A stretch of 64,000 nucleotides of DNA, from assembly GCA_040954595.2 (NCBI GenBank), contig CM082579.2:6933625-6997624 (forward strand), read 5' to 3'. This DNA comes from Balanoglossus misakiensis (Eukaryota; Animalia; Hemichordata). Shown piece by piece: positions 39,801-54,800 of this stretch (its first letter is position 1; every line of letters begins with the position of its first letter). The notes under the pieces are model-generated. The model was not told the origin of the DNA. It was given only the letters and a program-made list of their open reading frames with translations, and made no database searches. A program made the position numbers and the translations under genes.

Positions 39801-42800
39801 TTTGTAGTCGTCAGTGCATCGACATGAATATGTATTAATGCCATCCACGCAGGTACCACCATTATTGCAAGTTGCGCTTTCTAGACCACATTCGTCGATA
39901 TCTGAACACAAAAAATCACAGCCCCGTGATTTCTCACAGTATAGCATAGGGTCAAACTACTTTTATCTTGTCATACGGTGACTCGCACGCTTTCAAAGCA
40001 AAATTCATCAAATTTTAACAGTCAAACAATACATGGAAGCGATGTATATCTTCACGAACACGGTGGGGGATTCTCACCTGTTTCACAATCCTTTCCGGAG
40101 TAACCAGCAATGCACAGACACAAATAGGAATTGATGGCGTCTACACAAACAGCACCATTGTGGCAGGGGTTGAGTTCACATTCATCGATGTCGGTTTCGC
40201 AGTTTCCGCCGACAAAGCCAGGCATGCAGGTGCAGGCGTACTCGAGGAAGTGGTTGGTGCACGTCGCGTTGTTCAGGCAGGGCTGGTACTCACAAGGCAG
40301 AAACGCTGTACACAAGGGTATGTAAACACAGTGGTTGGTTTTTCATCCAAAAATGACAATTTTTCGACTTTCCGAATATTCAAAATTTCTTCATTTTTTG
40401 ACAAGAATAATGGGTTATAGCTCATGAAAATCATCCAAAAATGACAATTTTCGACTTTCCGAATATTCAAAATTTCTTCATTTTTTGACAAAAATCATGG
40501 GTTATAGCTCATGAAAATCATCCAAAAATGACAATTTTTCGACTTTCGGAATTTTCAAAATTTCTTCATTTTTTGACAAAAATCATGGGTTATAGCTCAT
40601 GAAAATCATCCAAAAATGACAATTTTTCGACTTTCCCAATATTCAAAATTTCTTCATTTTTGACAAAAATCATGGGTTATAGATCATGAAAATCATCCGA
40701 AAATGACAATTTTTCGACTTTCCGAATATTCAAAATTTCTTCATTTTTTGACAAAAATCATGGGTTATAGCTCATGAAAATCATCCAAAAATGACAATTT
40801 TTCGACTTTCCGAATTTTCAAAATTTCTTCATTTTTTGACAAACATCATGGGTTATAGCTCATGAAAATCATCCGAAAATGACAATTTATCGACTTTCCG
40901 AATTTTCAAAATTTCTTCATTTTTTGACAAAAATCATGGGTTATAGCTCATGAAAATCATCCGAAAATGACAATTTTTCGACTTTCCGAATTTTCAAAAT
41001 TTCTTCACTTTTTGACAAAAATCAGGGGTTATAGCTCATGAAAATCATCCAAAAATGACAATTTTTCGACATTCCGAATATTCAAAATTTCTTCACTTTT
41101 TGACAAAAATCATGGGTTATAGCTCATGAAAATCACCCAAAAATGACAATTTTTCGACTTTCGGAATTTTCAAAATTTCTTCATTTTTTGACAAAAATCA
41201 TGGGTTATAGCTCATGAAAATCATCCAAAAATGACAATTTTTCGACTTTCCGAATATTCAAAATGTCTTCATTTTTTGACAAAAATCATGGGTTATAGCT
41301 CATGAAAATCATCCAAAAATGACAATTTTTCGACTTTCCCAATATTCAAAATTTCTTCATTTTTGACAAAAATCATGGGTTATAGCTCATAAAAATCATC
41401 CGAAAATGACAATTTTTCGACTTTCCGAATATTCAAAATTTCTTCATTTTTTGACAAAAATCATGGGTTATAGCTCATGAAAATCATCCAAAAATGACAA
41501 TTTTTCGACTTTCGGAATTTTCAAAATTTCTTAATTTTTTGACAAAAATCATGGGTTATAGCTCATGAAAATCATCCAAAAATGACAATTTTTCGACTTT
41601 CCCAATATTCAAAATTTCTTCATTTTTTGACAAAAATCATGGGTTATAGCTCATGAAAATCATCCAAAAATGACAATTTTTCGACTTTCCCAATATTCAA
41701 AATTTCTTCATTTTTTGACAAAAATCATGGGTTATAGCTCATGAAAATCATCCAAAAATGACAATTTTTCGACTTTCCGAATATTCAAAATTTCTTCATT
41801 TTTGACAAAAATCATGGGTTATAGCTCATGAAAATCATCCGAAAATGACAATTTTTCGACTTTCCGAATATTCAAAATTTCTTCATTTTTTGACAAAAAT
41901 CATGGGTTATAGCTCATGAAAATCATCCAAAAATGACAATTTTTCGACTTTCCGAATTTTCAAAATTTCTTCACTTTTTGACAAAAATCAGGGGTTATAG
42001 CTCATGAAAATCATCCGAAAATGACAATTTTTCGACTTTCCGAATATTCAAAATTTCTTCATTTTTTGACAAAAATCATGGGTTATAGCTCATGAAAATC
42101 ATCCGAAAATGACAATTTTTCGACTTTCTGAATATTCAAGATTTCTTCATTTTTTGACAAAAATCATGGGTTATAGCTCATGAAAATCATTCGAAAATGA
42201 TAATTTTTCGACTTTCCGAATATTCAAAATTTCTTCATTTTTTGACAAAAATCATGGGTTATAGCTCATGAAAATCATCCGAAAATGACAATTTTTCGAC
42301 TTTCCGAATATTCAAAATTTCTTCATTTTTTGACAAAAATCATGAGTTATAGCTCATGAAAATCATCCGAAAATGACAATTTTTCGACTTTCCGAATATT
42401 CAAAATTTCTCCATTTTTTGACAAAAATCATGGGTTATAGCTCATGAAAATCATCCGAAAATGACAATTTTTTGACTTTCCGAATATTCAAAATTTCTTC
42501 ATTTTTTGACAAAAATCATGGGTTATAGCTCATGAAAATCATCCGGAAATGACAATTTTTCGACTTCCCGAATATTCAAAATTTCTTCATTTTTTGACAA
42601 AAATTATGGGTTATAGCTCATGAAAATCATCCGAAAATGACAATTTTTCGACTTTCCGAATATTCAAAATTTCTTCATTTTTTGACAAAAATCATGGGTT
42701 ATAGCTCATGAAAATCATCCGAAAATGACAATTTTTCGACTTTCCGAATATTCAAAATTTCTTCATTTTTTGACAAAAATCATGGGTTATAGCTCATGAA

Positions 42801-45800
42801 AATCATCCGAAAATGACAATTTTTTGACTTTCCGAATATTCAAAATTTCTTCATTTTTTGACAAAAATCATGGGTTATAGCTCATGAAAATCATCCGAAA
42901 ATGACAATTTTTCGACTTTCCGAATATTCAAAATTTCTTCATTTTTTGACAAAAATCATGGGTTATAGCTCATGAAAATCATTCGAAAATGATAATTTTT
43001 CGACTTTCCGAATATTCAAAATTTCTTCATTTTTTGACAAAAATCATGGGTTATAGCTCATGAAAATCATCCGAAAATGACAATTTTTCGACTTTCCGAA
43101 TATTCAAAATTTCTTCATTTTTTGACAAAAATCATGGGTTATAGCTCATGAAAATCATCCAAAAATGACAATTTTTCGACTTTCCCAATATTCAAAATTT
43201 CTTCATTTTTGACAAAAATCATGGGTTATAGCTCATGAAAATCATCCGAAAATGACAATTTTTCGACTTTCCGAATATTCAAAATTTCTTCATTTTTTGA
43301 CAAAAATCATGGGTTATAGCTCATGAAAATCATCCGAAAATGACAATTTTTCGACTTTCCGAATTTTCAAAATTTCTTCATTTTTTGACAAAAATCATGG
43401 GTTATAGCTCATGAAAATCATCCAAAAATGACAATTTTTCGACTTTCCGAATTTTCAAAATTTCTTCACTTTTTGACAAAAATCAGGGGTTATAGCTCAT
43501 GAAAATCATCCGAAAATGACAATTTTTCGACTTTCCGAATATTCAAAATTTCTTCATTTTTTGACAAAAATCATGGGTTATAGCTCATGAAAATCATCCG
43601 AAAATGACAATTTTTCGACTTTCTGAATATTCAAGATTTCTTCATTTTTTGACAAAAATCATGGGTTATAGCTCATGAAAATCATTCGAAAATGATAATT
43701 TTTCGACTTTCCGAATATTCAAAATTTCTTCATTTTTTGACAAAAATCATGGGTTATAGCTCATGAAAATCATCCGAAAATGACAATTTTTCGACTTTCC
43801 GAATATTCAAAATTTCTTCATTTTTTGACAAAAATCATGGGTTATAGCTCATGAAAATCATCCGAAAATGACAATTTTTCGACTTTCCGAATATTCAAAA
43901 TTTCTCCATTTTTTGACAAAAATCATGGGTTATAGCTCATGAAAATCATCCGAAAATGACAATTTTTTGACTTTCCGAATATTCAAAATTTCTTCATTTT
44001 TTGACAAAAATCATGGGTTATAGCTCATGAAAATCATCCGGAAATGACAATTTTTCGACTTCCCGAATATTCAAAATTTCTTCATTTTTTGACAAAAATT
44101 ATGGGTTATAGCTCATGAAAATCATCCGAAAATGACAATTTTTCGACTTTCCGAATATTCAAAATTTCTTCATTTTTTGACAAAAATCATGGGTTATAGC
44201 TCATGAAAATCATCCGAAAATGACAATTTTTCGACTTTCCGAATATTCAAAATTTCTTCATTTTTTGACAAAAATCATGGGTTATAGCTCATGAAAATCA
44301 TCCGAAAATGACAATTTTTTGACTTTCCGAATATTCAAAATTTCTTCATTTTTTGACAAAAATCATGGGTTATAGCTCATGAAAATCATCCAAAAATGAC
44401 AATTTTTCGACTTTCCGAATTTTCAAAATTTCTTCATTTTTTGACAAACATCATGGGTTATAGCTCATGAAAATCATCCGAAAATGACAATTTATCGACT
44501 TTCCGAATTTTCAAAATTTCTTCATTTTTTGACAAAAATCATGGGTTATAGCTCATGAAAATCATCCGAAAATGACAATTTTTCGACTTTCCGAATTTTC
44601 AAAATTTCTTCACTTTTTGACAAAAATCAGGGGTTATAGCTCATGAAAATCATCCAAAAATGACAATTTTTCGACATTCCGAATATTCAAAATTTCTTCA
44701 CTTTTTGACAAAAATCATGGGTTATAGCTCATGAAAATCACCCAAAAATGACAATTTTTCGACTTTCCGAATATTCAAAATGTCTTCATTTTTTGACAAA
44801 AATCATGGGTTATAGCTCATGAAAATCATCCAAAAATGACAATTTTTCGACTTTCCCAATATTCAAAATTTCTTCATTTTTGACAAAAATCATGGGTTAT
44901 AGCTCATAAAAATCATCCGAAAATGACAATTTTTCGACTTTCCGAATATTCAAAATTTCTTCATTTTTTGACAAAAATCATGGGTTATAGCTCATGAAAA
45001 TCATCCAAAAATGACAATTTTTCGACTTTCGGAATTTTCAAAATTTCTTAATTTTTTGACAAAAATCATGGGTTATAGCTCATGAAAATCATCCAAAAAT
45101 GACAATTTTTCGACTTTCCCAATATTCAAAATTTCTTCATTTTTTGACAAAAATCATGGGTTATAGCTCATGAAAATCATCCAAAAATGACAATTTTTCG
45201 ACTTTCCCAATATTCAAAATTTCTTCATTTTTTGACAAAAATCATGGGTTATAGCTCATGAAAATCATCCAAAAATGACAATTTTTCGACTTTCCGAATA
45301 TTCAAAATTTCTTCATTTTTGACAAAAATCATGGGTTATAGCTCATGAAAATCATCCGAAAATGACAATTTTTCGACTTTCCGAATATTCAAAATTTCTT
45401 CATTTTTTGACAAAAATCATGGGTTATAGCTCATGAAAATCATCCAAAAATGACAATTTTTCGACTTTCCGAATTTTCAAAATTTCTTCACTTTTTGACA
45501 AAAATCATGGGTTATAGCTCATGAAAATCATCCGAAAATGACAATTTTTCGACTTTCCGAATATTCAAAATTTCTTCATTTTTTGACAAAAATCATGGGT
45601 TATAGCTCATGAAAATCATCCGAAAATGACAATTTTTCGACTTTCTGAATATTCAAGATTTCTTCATTTTTTGACAAAAATCATGGGTTATAGCTCATGA
45701 AAATCATTCGAAAATGATAATTTTTCGACTTTCCGAATATTCAAAATTTCTTCATTTTTTGACAAAAATCATGGGTTATAGCTCATGAAAATCATCCGAA

Positions 45801-48800
45801 AATGACAATTTTTCAACTTTCCGAATATTCAAAATTTCTTCATTTTTTGACAAAAATCATGAGTTATAGCTCATGAAAATCATCCGAAAATGACAATTTT
45901 TCGACTTTCCGAATATTCAAAATTTCTCCATTTTTTGACAAAAATCATGAGTTATAGCTCATGAAAATCATCCGAAAATGACAATTTTTCGACTTTCCGA
46001 ATATTCAAAATTTCTCCATTTTTTGACAAAAATCATGGGTTATAGCTCATGAAAATCATCCGAAAATGACAATTTTTTGACTTTCCGAATATTCAAAATT
46101 TCTTCATTTTTTGACAAAAATCATGGGTTATAGCTCATGAAAATCATCCGGAAATGACAATTTTTCGACTTCCCGAATATTCAAAATTTCTTCATTTTTT
46201 GACAAAAATCATGGGTTATAGCTCATGAAAATCATCCGAAAATGACAATTTTTCGACTTTCCGAATATTCAAAATTTCTTCATTTTTTGACAAAAATCAT
46301 GGGTTATAGCTCATGAAAATCATCCGAAAATGACAATTTTTCGACTTTCCGAATATTCAAAATTTCTTCATTTTTTGACAAAAATCATGGGTTATAGCTC
46401 ATGAAAATCATCCGAAAATGACAATTTTTCGACTTTCCGAATATTCAAAATTTCTTCATTTTTTGACAAAAATCATGGGTTATAGCTCATGAAAATCATC
46501 CGAAAATGACAATTTTTTGACTTTCCGAATATTCAAAATTTCTTCATTTTTTGACAAAAATCATGGGTTATAGCTCATGAAAATCATCCGAAAATGACAA
46601 TTTTTCGACTTTCCGAATATTCAAAATTTCTTCATTTTTTGACAAAAATCATGGGTTATAGCTCATGAAAATCATTCGAAAATGATAATTTTTCGACTTT
46701 CCGAATATTCAAAATTTCTTCATTTTTTGACAAAAATCATGGGTTATAGCTCATGAAAATCATCCGAAAATGACAATTTTTCGACTTTCCGAATATTCAA
46801 AATTTCTTCATTTTTTGACAAAAATCATGGGTTATAGCTCATGAAAATCATCCGAAAATGACAATTATTCGACTTTCCGAATATTCAAAATTTCTTCATT
46901 TTTTGACAAAAATCATGGGTTATAGCTCATGAAAATCATCCGAAAATGACAATTTTTCGACTTTCCGAATATTCAAAATTTCTTCATTTTTTGACAAAAA
47001 TCATGGGTTATAGCTCATGAAAATCATCCGAAAATGACAATTTTTCGACTTTCCCAATATTCAAAATTTCTTCATTTTTTGACAAAAATCATGAGTTATA
47101 GCTCATGAAAATCATCCGAAAATGATAATTTTTCGACTTTCCGAATATTCAAAATTTCTTCATTTTTTGACAAAAATCATGGGTTATAGCTCATGAAAAT
47201 CATCCGAAAATGACAATTTTTCGACTTTCCGAATGACTTTCCGAATATTCAAAATTTCTTCATTTTTTGACAAAAATCATGGGTTATAGCTCATGAAAAT
47301 CATCCGGAAATGACAATTTTTCGACTTTCCGAATAATCAAAATTTCTTCATTTTCTGACAAAAATCATGGGTTATAGCTCATGAAAATCATCCGAAAATG
47401 ACAATTTTTCGACTTTCCGAATTTTCAAAATTTCTTCATTTTTTGACAAAAATCATGGGTTATAGCTCATGAAAATCATCCGAAAATGACAATATTTCGA
47501 CTTTCGGAATATTCAAAATTTCTTCACTTTTTGACAAAAATCATGGGTTATAGCTCATGAAAATCATCCGAAAATGACAATATTTCGACTTTCGGAATTT
47601 TAAAAATTTCTTCACTTTTTGACAAAAATCAGGGGTTATAGCTCATGAAAATCATCCGAAAACGACAATTTTTCGACTTTCCGAATATTCAAAATTTCTT
47701 CACTTTTTGACAAAAATCATGGGTTATAGCTCATGAAAATCATCCGAAAATGACAATTTTTCGACTTTCCGAATTTTCAAAATTTCTTCACTTTTTGACA
47801 AAAGTCATGGGTTATAGCTCATGAAAATCATCATAAAATGACAGTTTTTCGACTTTCCGAATATTCAAATTTTTCTTCATTTTTTGACAAAAATCATGGG
47901 TTATATCATCCAAAAATCATCCCAAAATGACAATTTTTCGACTTTCCGAATATTCAAAATTTCTTCATTTTTTGACAAAAATCATGGGTTATAGCTCATG
48001 AAAATCATCCGAAAATGACAATTTTTCGACTTTCCGAATATTCAAAATTTCTCCATTTTTTGACAAAAATCATGGGTTATAGCTCATGAAAATCATCCGA
48101 AAATGACAATTTTTTGACTTTCCGAATATTCAAAATTTCTTCATTTTTTGACAAAAATCATGGGTTATAGCTCATGAAAATCATCCGGAAATGACAATTT
48201 TTCGACTTTCCGAATAATCAAAATTTCTTCATTTTCTGACAAAAATCATGGGTTATAGCTCATGAAAATCATCTGAAAATGACAATTTTTCGACTTTCCG
48301 AATATTCAAAATTTCTTCATTTTTTGACAAAAATCATGGGTTATAGCTCATGAAAATCATCCGAAAATGACAATTTTTCGACTTTCCGAATATTCAAAAT
48401 TTCTTCATTTTTTGACAAAAATCATGGGTTATAGCTCATGAAAATCATCCGAAAATGACAATTTTTCGACTTTCCGAATATTCAAAATTTCTTCATTTTT
48501 TGACAAAAATCATGGGTTATAGCTCATGAAAATCATCCGAAAATGATAATTTTTCGACTTTCCGAATATTCAAAATTTCTTCATTTTTTGACAAAAATCA
48601 TGGGTTATAGCTCATGAAAATCATCCGAAAATGACAATTTTTCGACTTTCCGAATATTCAAAATTTCTTCATTTTTTGACAAAAATCATGGGTTATAGCT
48701 CATGAAAATCATCCGAAAATGACAATTTTTCGACTTTCCGAATATTCATAATTTCTCCATTTTTTGACAAAAATCATGGGTTATAGCTCATGAAAATCAT

Positions 48801-51800
48801 CCGAAAATGACAATTTTTTGACTTTCCGAATATTCAAAATTTCTTCATTTTTTGACAAAAATCATGGGTTATAGCTCATGAAAATCATCCGGAAATGACA
48901 ATTTTTCGACTTTCCGAATATTCAAAATTTCTTCATTTTCTGACAAAAATCATGGGTTATAGCTCATGAAAATCATCTGAAAATGACAATTTTTCGACTT
49001 TCCGAATATTCAAAATTTCTTCATTTTTTGACAAAAATCATGGGTTATAGCTCATGAAAATCATCCGAAAATGACAATTTTTCGACTTTCCGAATATTCA
49101 AAATTTCTTCATTTTTTGACAAAAATCATGGGTTATAGCTCATGAAAATCATCCGAAAATGACAATTTTTCGACTTTCCGAATATTCAAAATTTCTTCAT
49201 TTTTTAACAAAAATCATGGGTTATAGCTCATGAAAATCATCCGAAAATGACAATTTTTCGACTTTCCGAATATTCAAAATTTCTTCATTTTTTGACAAAA
49301 ATCATGGGTTATAGCTCATGAAAATCATCCGAAAACGACAAATTTTCGACTTTCCGAATATTCAAAATTTCTTCATTTTTTGACAAAAATCATGGGTTAT
49401 AGCTCATGAAAATCATCCGAAAATGACAATTTTTCGACTTTCCGAATATTCAAAATTTCTTCATTTTTTGACAAAAATCATGGGTTATAGCTCATGAAAA
49501 TCATCCGAAAATGACAATTTTTCGACTTTCCGAATATTCAAAATTTCTTCATTTTTTAAAAAAAAAACCATGGGTTATAGCTCAGGAAAATGTTCAAAAA
49601 TCGACGTTTGTTCGACTTTCCGAATATACAAAATTTCTTCATTTTTTCAAAAAAACCATGGGTTATAGCTCAGGAAAATGTTCAAAAATCGACGATTTTT
49701 CGACTTTGCGAATTTTCAAAATTTGGTCATTTTTTGAAAAAACCATGGGTTATAGCTCAGGAAAATGTTCAAAAATCGACGATTTTTCGACTTTGCGAAT
49801 TTTCAAAATTTGGTCATTTTTTGAAAAAACCATGGGTTATAGCTCAGGAAAATGTTCAAAAATCGACGATTTTTCGACTTTGCGAATTTTCAAAATTTGG
49901 TCATTTTTTGAAAAAACCATGGGTTATAGCTCAGGAAAATGTTCAAAAATCGACGATTTTTCGACTTTGCGAATTTCCAAAATTTGGTCATTTTTTGTAA
50001 AAACCATGGGTTAGCTCAGGAAAATGTTCAAAAATCGACGATTTTTCGACTTCGCGAATTTTCAAAATTTGGTCATTTTTTGAAAAAACCATGGGTTATA
50101 GCTCAGGAAAATGTTCAAAAATCGACGATTTTTCGACTTTGCGAATTTTCAAAATTTGGTCATTTTTTGAAAAAACCATGGGTTATAGCTCAGGAAAATG
50201 TTCAAAAATCGACGATTTTTCGACTTTGCGAATTTTCAAAATTTGGTCATTTTTTGTAAAAACCATGGGTTATAGCTCAGGAAAATGTTCAAAAATCGAC
50301 GATTTTTGGACTTTGCGAATTTTCAAAATTTGGTCATTTTTTGTAAAAACCATGGGTTATAGCTCAGGAAAATGTTCAAAAATCGACGATTTTTCGACTT
50401 TGCGAATTTTCAAAATTTGGTCATTTTTTGTAAAAACCATGGTTTATAGCTCAGGAAAATGTTCAAAAATCGACGATTTTTCGACTTTGCGAATTTTCAA
50501 AATTTGGTCATTTTTTGAAAAAACCATGGGTTATAGCTCAGGAAAATGTTCAAAAATCGACGATTTTTCGACTTTGCTAATTTTCAAAATTTGGTCATTT
50601 TTTGAAAAAACCATGGGTTATAGCTCAGGAAAATGTTCAAAAATCGACGATTTTTCGACTTTGCGAATTTTCAAAATTTGGTCATTTTTTGAAAAAAAAC
50701 CATGGGTTATAGCTCAGGAAAATGTTCAAAAATCGACGATTTTTTGACTTTGCGAATTTTCAAAATTTGGTCATTTTTTGAAAAAACCATGGGTTATAGC
50801 TCAGGAAAATGTTCAAAAATCGACGATTTTTCGACTTTGCGAATTTTCAAAATGTGGTCATTTTTTGAAAAAACCATGGGTTATAGATCAGGAAAATGTT
50901 CAAAAATCGACGATTTTTCGACTTTGCGAATTTTCAAAATTTGGTCATTTTTTGAAAAAACCATGGGTTATAGCTCAGGAAAATGTTCAAAAATCGACGA
51001 TTTTTCGACTTTGCGAATTTTCAAAATTTGGTCATTTTTTGTAAAAACCATGGGTTATAGCTCAGGAAAATGTTCAAAAATCGACGATTTTTCGACTTTG
51101 CGAATTTTCAAAATTTGGTCATTTTTTGTAAAAACCATGGTTTATAGCTCAGGAAAATGTTCAAAAATCGACGATTTTTCGACTTTGCGAATTTTCAAAA
51201 TTTGGTCATTTTTTGAAAAAACCATGGGTTATAGCTCAGGAAAATGTTCAAAAATCGACGATTTTTCGACTTTGCGAATTTTCAAAATTTGGTCATTTTT
51301 TGAAAAAAACCATGGGTTATAGCTCAGGAAAATGTTCAAAAATCGACGATTTTTCGACTTTGCGAATTTTCAAAATTTGGTCATTTTTTGAAAAAACCAT
51401 GGGTTATAGCTCAGGAAAATGTTCAAAAATCGACGATTTTTCGACTTTGCGAATTTTCAAAATTTGGTCATTTTTCGAAAAAACCATGGGTTATAGCTCA
51501 GGAAAATGTTCAAAAATCGACGATTTTTCGACTTAGCGAATTTTCAAAATTTGGTCATTTTTTGAAAAAACCATGGGTTATAGTTCAGGAAAATGTTCAA
51601 AAATCGACGATTTTTCGACTTTGCGAATTTTCAAAATTTGGTCATTTTTTGAAAAAATCATGGGTTATAGCTCATGTAAATCATCCGAAAATGACAATTT
51701 TTTGACTTTCCGAATATTCAAAATTTCTTCATTTTTTGACAAAAATCATGGGTTATAGCTCATGAAAATCATCCGGAAATGACAATTTTTCGACTTTCCG

Positions 51801-54800
51801 AATAATCAAAATTTCTTCATTTTGTGACAAAAATCATGGGTTATAGCTCATGAAAATCATCCGAAAACGACAAATTTTCGACTTTCCGAATATTCAAAAT
51901 TTCTTCATTTTTTGACAAAAATCATGGGTTATAGCTCATGAAAATCATCCGAAAATGACAATTTTTCGACTTTCCGAATATTCAAAATTTCTTCATTTTT
52001 TGACAAAAATCATGGGTTATAGCTCATGAAAATCATCCGAAAATGACAATTTTTCGACTTTCCGAATATTCAAAATTTCTTCATTTTTTGACAAAAACCA
52101 TGGGTTATAGCTCAGGAAAATGTTCAAAAATCGACGATTGTTCGACTTTCCGAATATACAAAATTTCTTCATTTTTTCAAAAAAACCATGGGTTATAGCT
52201 CAGGAAAATGTTCAAAAATCGACGATTTTTCGACTTTGCGAATTTTCAAAATTTGGTCATTTTTTGAAAAAACCATGGGTTATAGCTCATGAAAATCATC
52301 CGAAAATGACAATTTTTCGACTTTCCGAATATTCAAAACTTCTTCATTTTTTGACAAAAACCATGGGTTATAGCTCAGGAAAATGTTCAAAAATCGACGA
52401 TTTTTCGACTTTGCGAATTTTCAAAATTTGGTCATTTTTTGAAAAAACCATGGGTTATAGCTCAGGAAAATGTTCAAAAATCGACGATTTTTCGACTTTG
52501 CGAATTTTCAAAATTTGGTCATTTTTCGAAAAAACCATGGGTTATAGCTCAGGAAAATGTTCAAAAATCGACGATTTTTCGACTTTGCGAATTTTCAAAA
52601 TTTGGTCATTTTTTGACAAAATCATGGGTTATAGCTCATGTAAATCATCCGAAAATGACAATTTTTTGACTTTCCGAATATTCAAAATTTCTTCATTTTT
52701 TGACAAAAATCATGGGTTATAGCTCATGAAAATCATCCGGAAATGACAATTTTTCGACTTTCCGAATAATCAAAATTTCTTCATTTTCTGACAAAAATCA
52801 TGGGTTGTAGCTCATGAAAATCATCCGAAAATGACAATTTTTCGACTTTCCGAATATTCAAAATTTCTTCATTTTTTGACAAAAATCATGGGTTATAGCT
52901 CATGAAAATCATCCGAAAATGACAATTTTCCGACTTTCCGAATATTCAAAATTTCTTCATTTTTTGACAAAAATCATGGGTTATAGCTCATGAAAATCAT
53001 CCGAAAATGGCAATTTTTCGACTTTCCGAATATTCAAAATTTCTTCATTTTTTAACAAAAATCATGGGTTATAGCTCATGAAAATCATCCGAAAATGACA
53101 ATTTTTCGACTTTCCGAATATTCAAAATTTCTTCATTTTTTGACAAAAATCATGGGTTATAGCTCATGAAAATCATCCGAAAACGACAAATTTTCGACTT
53201 TCCGAATATTCAAAATTTCTTCATTTTTTGACAAAAATCATGGGTTATAGCTCATGAAAATCATCCGAAAATGACAATTTTTCGACTTTCCGAATATTCA
53301 AAATTTCTTCATTTTTTGACAAAAATCATGGGTTATAGCTCATGAAAATCATCCGAAAATGACAATTTTTCGACTTTCCGAATATTCAAAATTTCTTCAT
53401 TATTTGACAAAAACCATGGGTTATAGCTCAGGAAAATGTTCAAAAATCGACGATTGTTCGACTTTCCGAATATACAAAATTTCTTCATTTTTTCAAAAAA
53501 ACCATGGGTTATAGCTCAGGAAAATGTTCAAAAATCGACGATTTTTCGACTTTGCGAATTTTCAAAATTTGGTCATTTTTTGAAAAAACCATGGGTTATA
53601 GCTCATGAAAATCATCCGAAAATGACAATTTTTCGACTTTCCGAATATTCAAAACTTCTTCATTTTTTGACAAAAACCATGGGTTATAGCTCAGGAAAAT
53701 GTTCAAAAATCGACGATTTTTCGACTTTGCGAATTTTCAAAATTTGGTCATTTTTTGAAAAAACCATGGGTTATAGCTCAGGAAAATGTTCAAAAATCGA
53801 CGATTTTTCGACTTTGCGAATTTTCAAAATTTGGTCATTTTTTGAAAAAACCATGGGTTATAGCTCAGGAAAATGTTCAAAAATCGACGATTTTTCGACT
53901 TTGCGAATTTTCAAAATTTGGTCATTTTTTGAAAAAACCATGGGTTATAGCTCAGGAAAATGTTCAAAAATCGATGATTTTTCGACTTTGCGAATTTTCA
54001 AAATTTGGTCATTTTTTGAAAAAACCATGGGTTATAGCTCAGGAAAATGTTCAAAAATCGACGATTTTTCGACTTTGCGAATTTTCAAAATTTGGTCATT
54101 TTTTGTAAAAACCATGGGTTATAGCTCAGGAAAATGTTCAAAAATCGACGATTTTTCGACTTTGCGAATTTTCAAAATTTGGTCATTTTTTGAAAAAACC
54201 ATGGGTTATAGCTCAGGAAAATGTTCAAAAATCGACGATTTTTCGACTTTGCGAATTTCCAAAATTTGGTCATTTTTTGTAAAAACCATGGGTTAGCTCA
54301 GGAAAATGTTCAAAAATCGACGATTTTTCGACTTCGCGAATTTTCAAAATTTGGTCATTTTTTGAAAAAAACATGGGTTATAGCTCAGGAAAATGTTCAA
54401 ATATCGACGATTTTTCGACTTTGCGAATTTTCAAAATTTGGTCATTTTTTGAAAAAACCATGGGTTATAGCTCAGGGAAATGTTCAAAAATCGACGATTT
54501 TTCGACTTTGCTAATTTTCAAAATTTGGTCATTTTTTGAAAAAAACATGGGTTATAGCTCAGGAAAATGTTCAAAAATCGACGATTTTTCGACTTTGCGA
54601 ATTTTCAAAATTTGGTCATTTTTTGAAAAAAAACCATGGGTTATAGCTCAGGAAAATGTTCAAAAATCGACGATTTTTCGACTTTGCGAATTTTCAAAAT
54701 TTGGTCATTTTTTGAAAAAACCATGGGTTATAGCTCAGGAAAATGTTCAAAAATCGACGATTTTTCGACTTTGCGAATTTTCAAAATTTGGTCATTTTTT

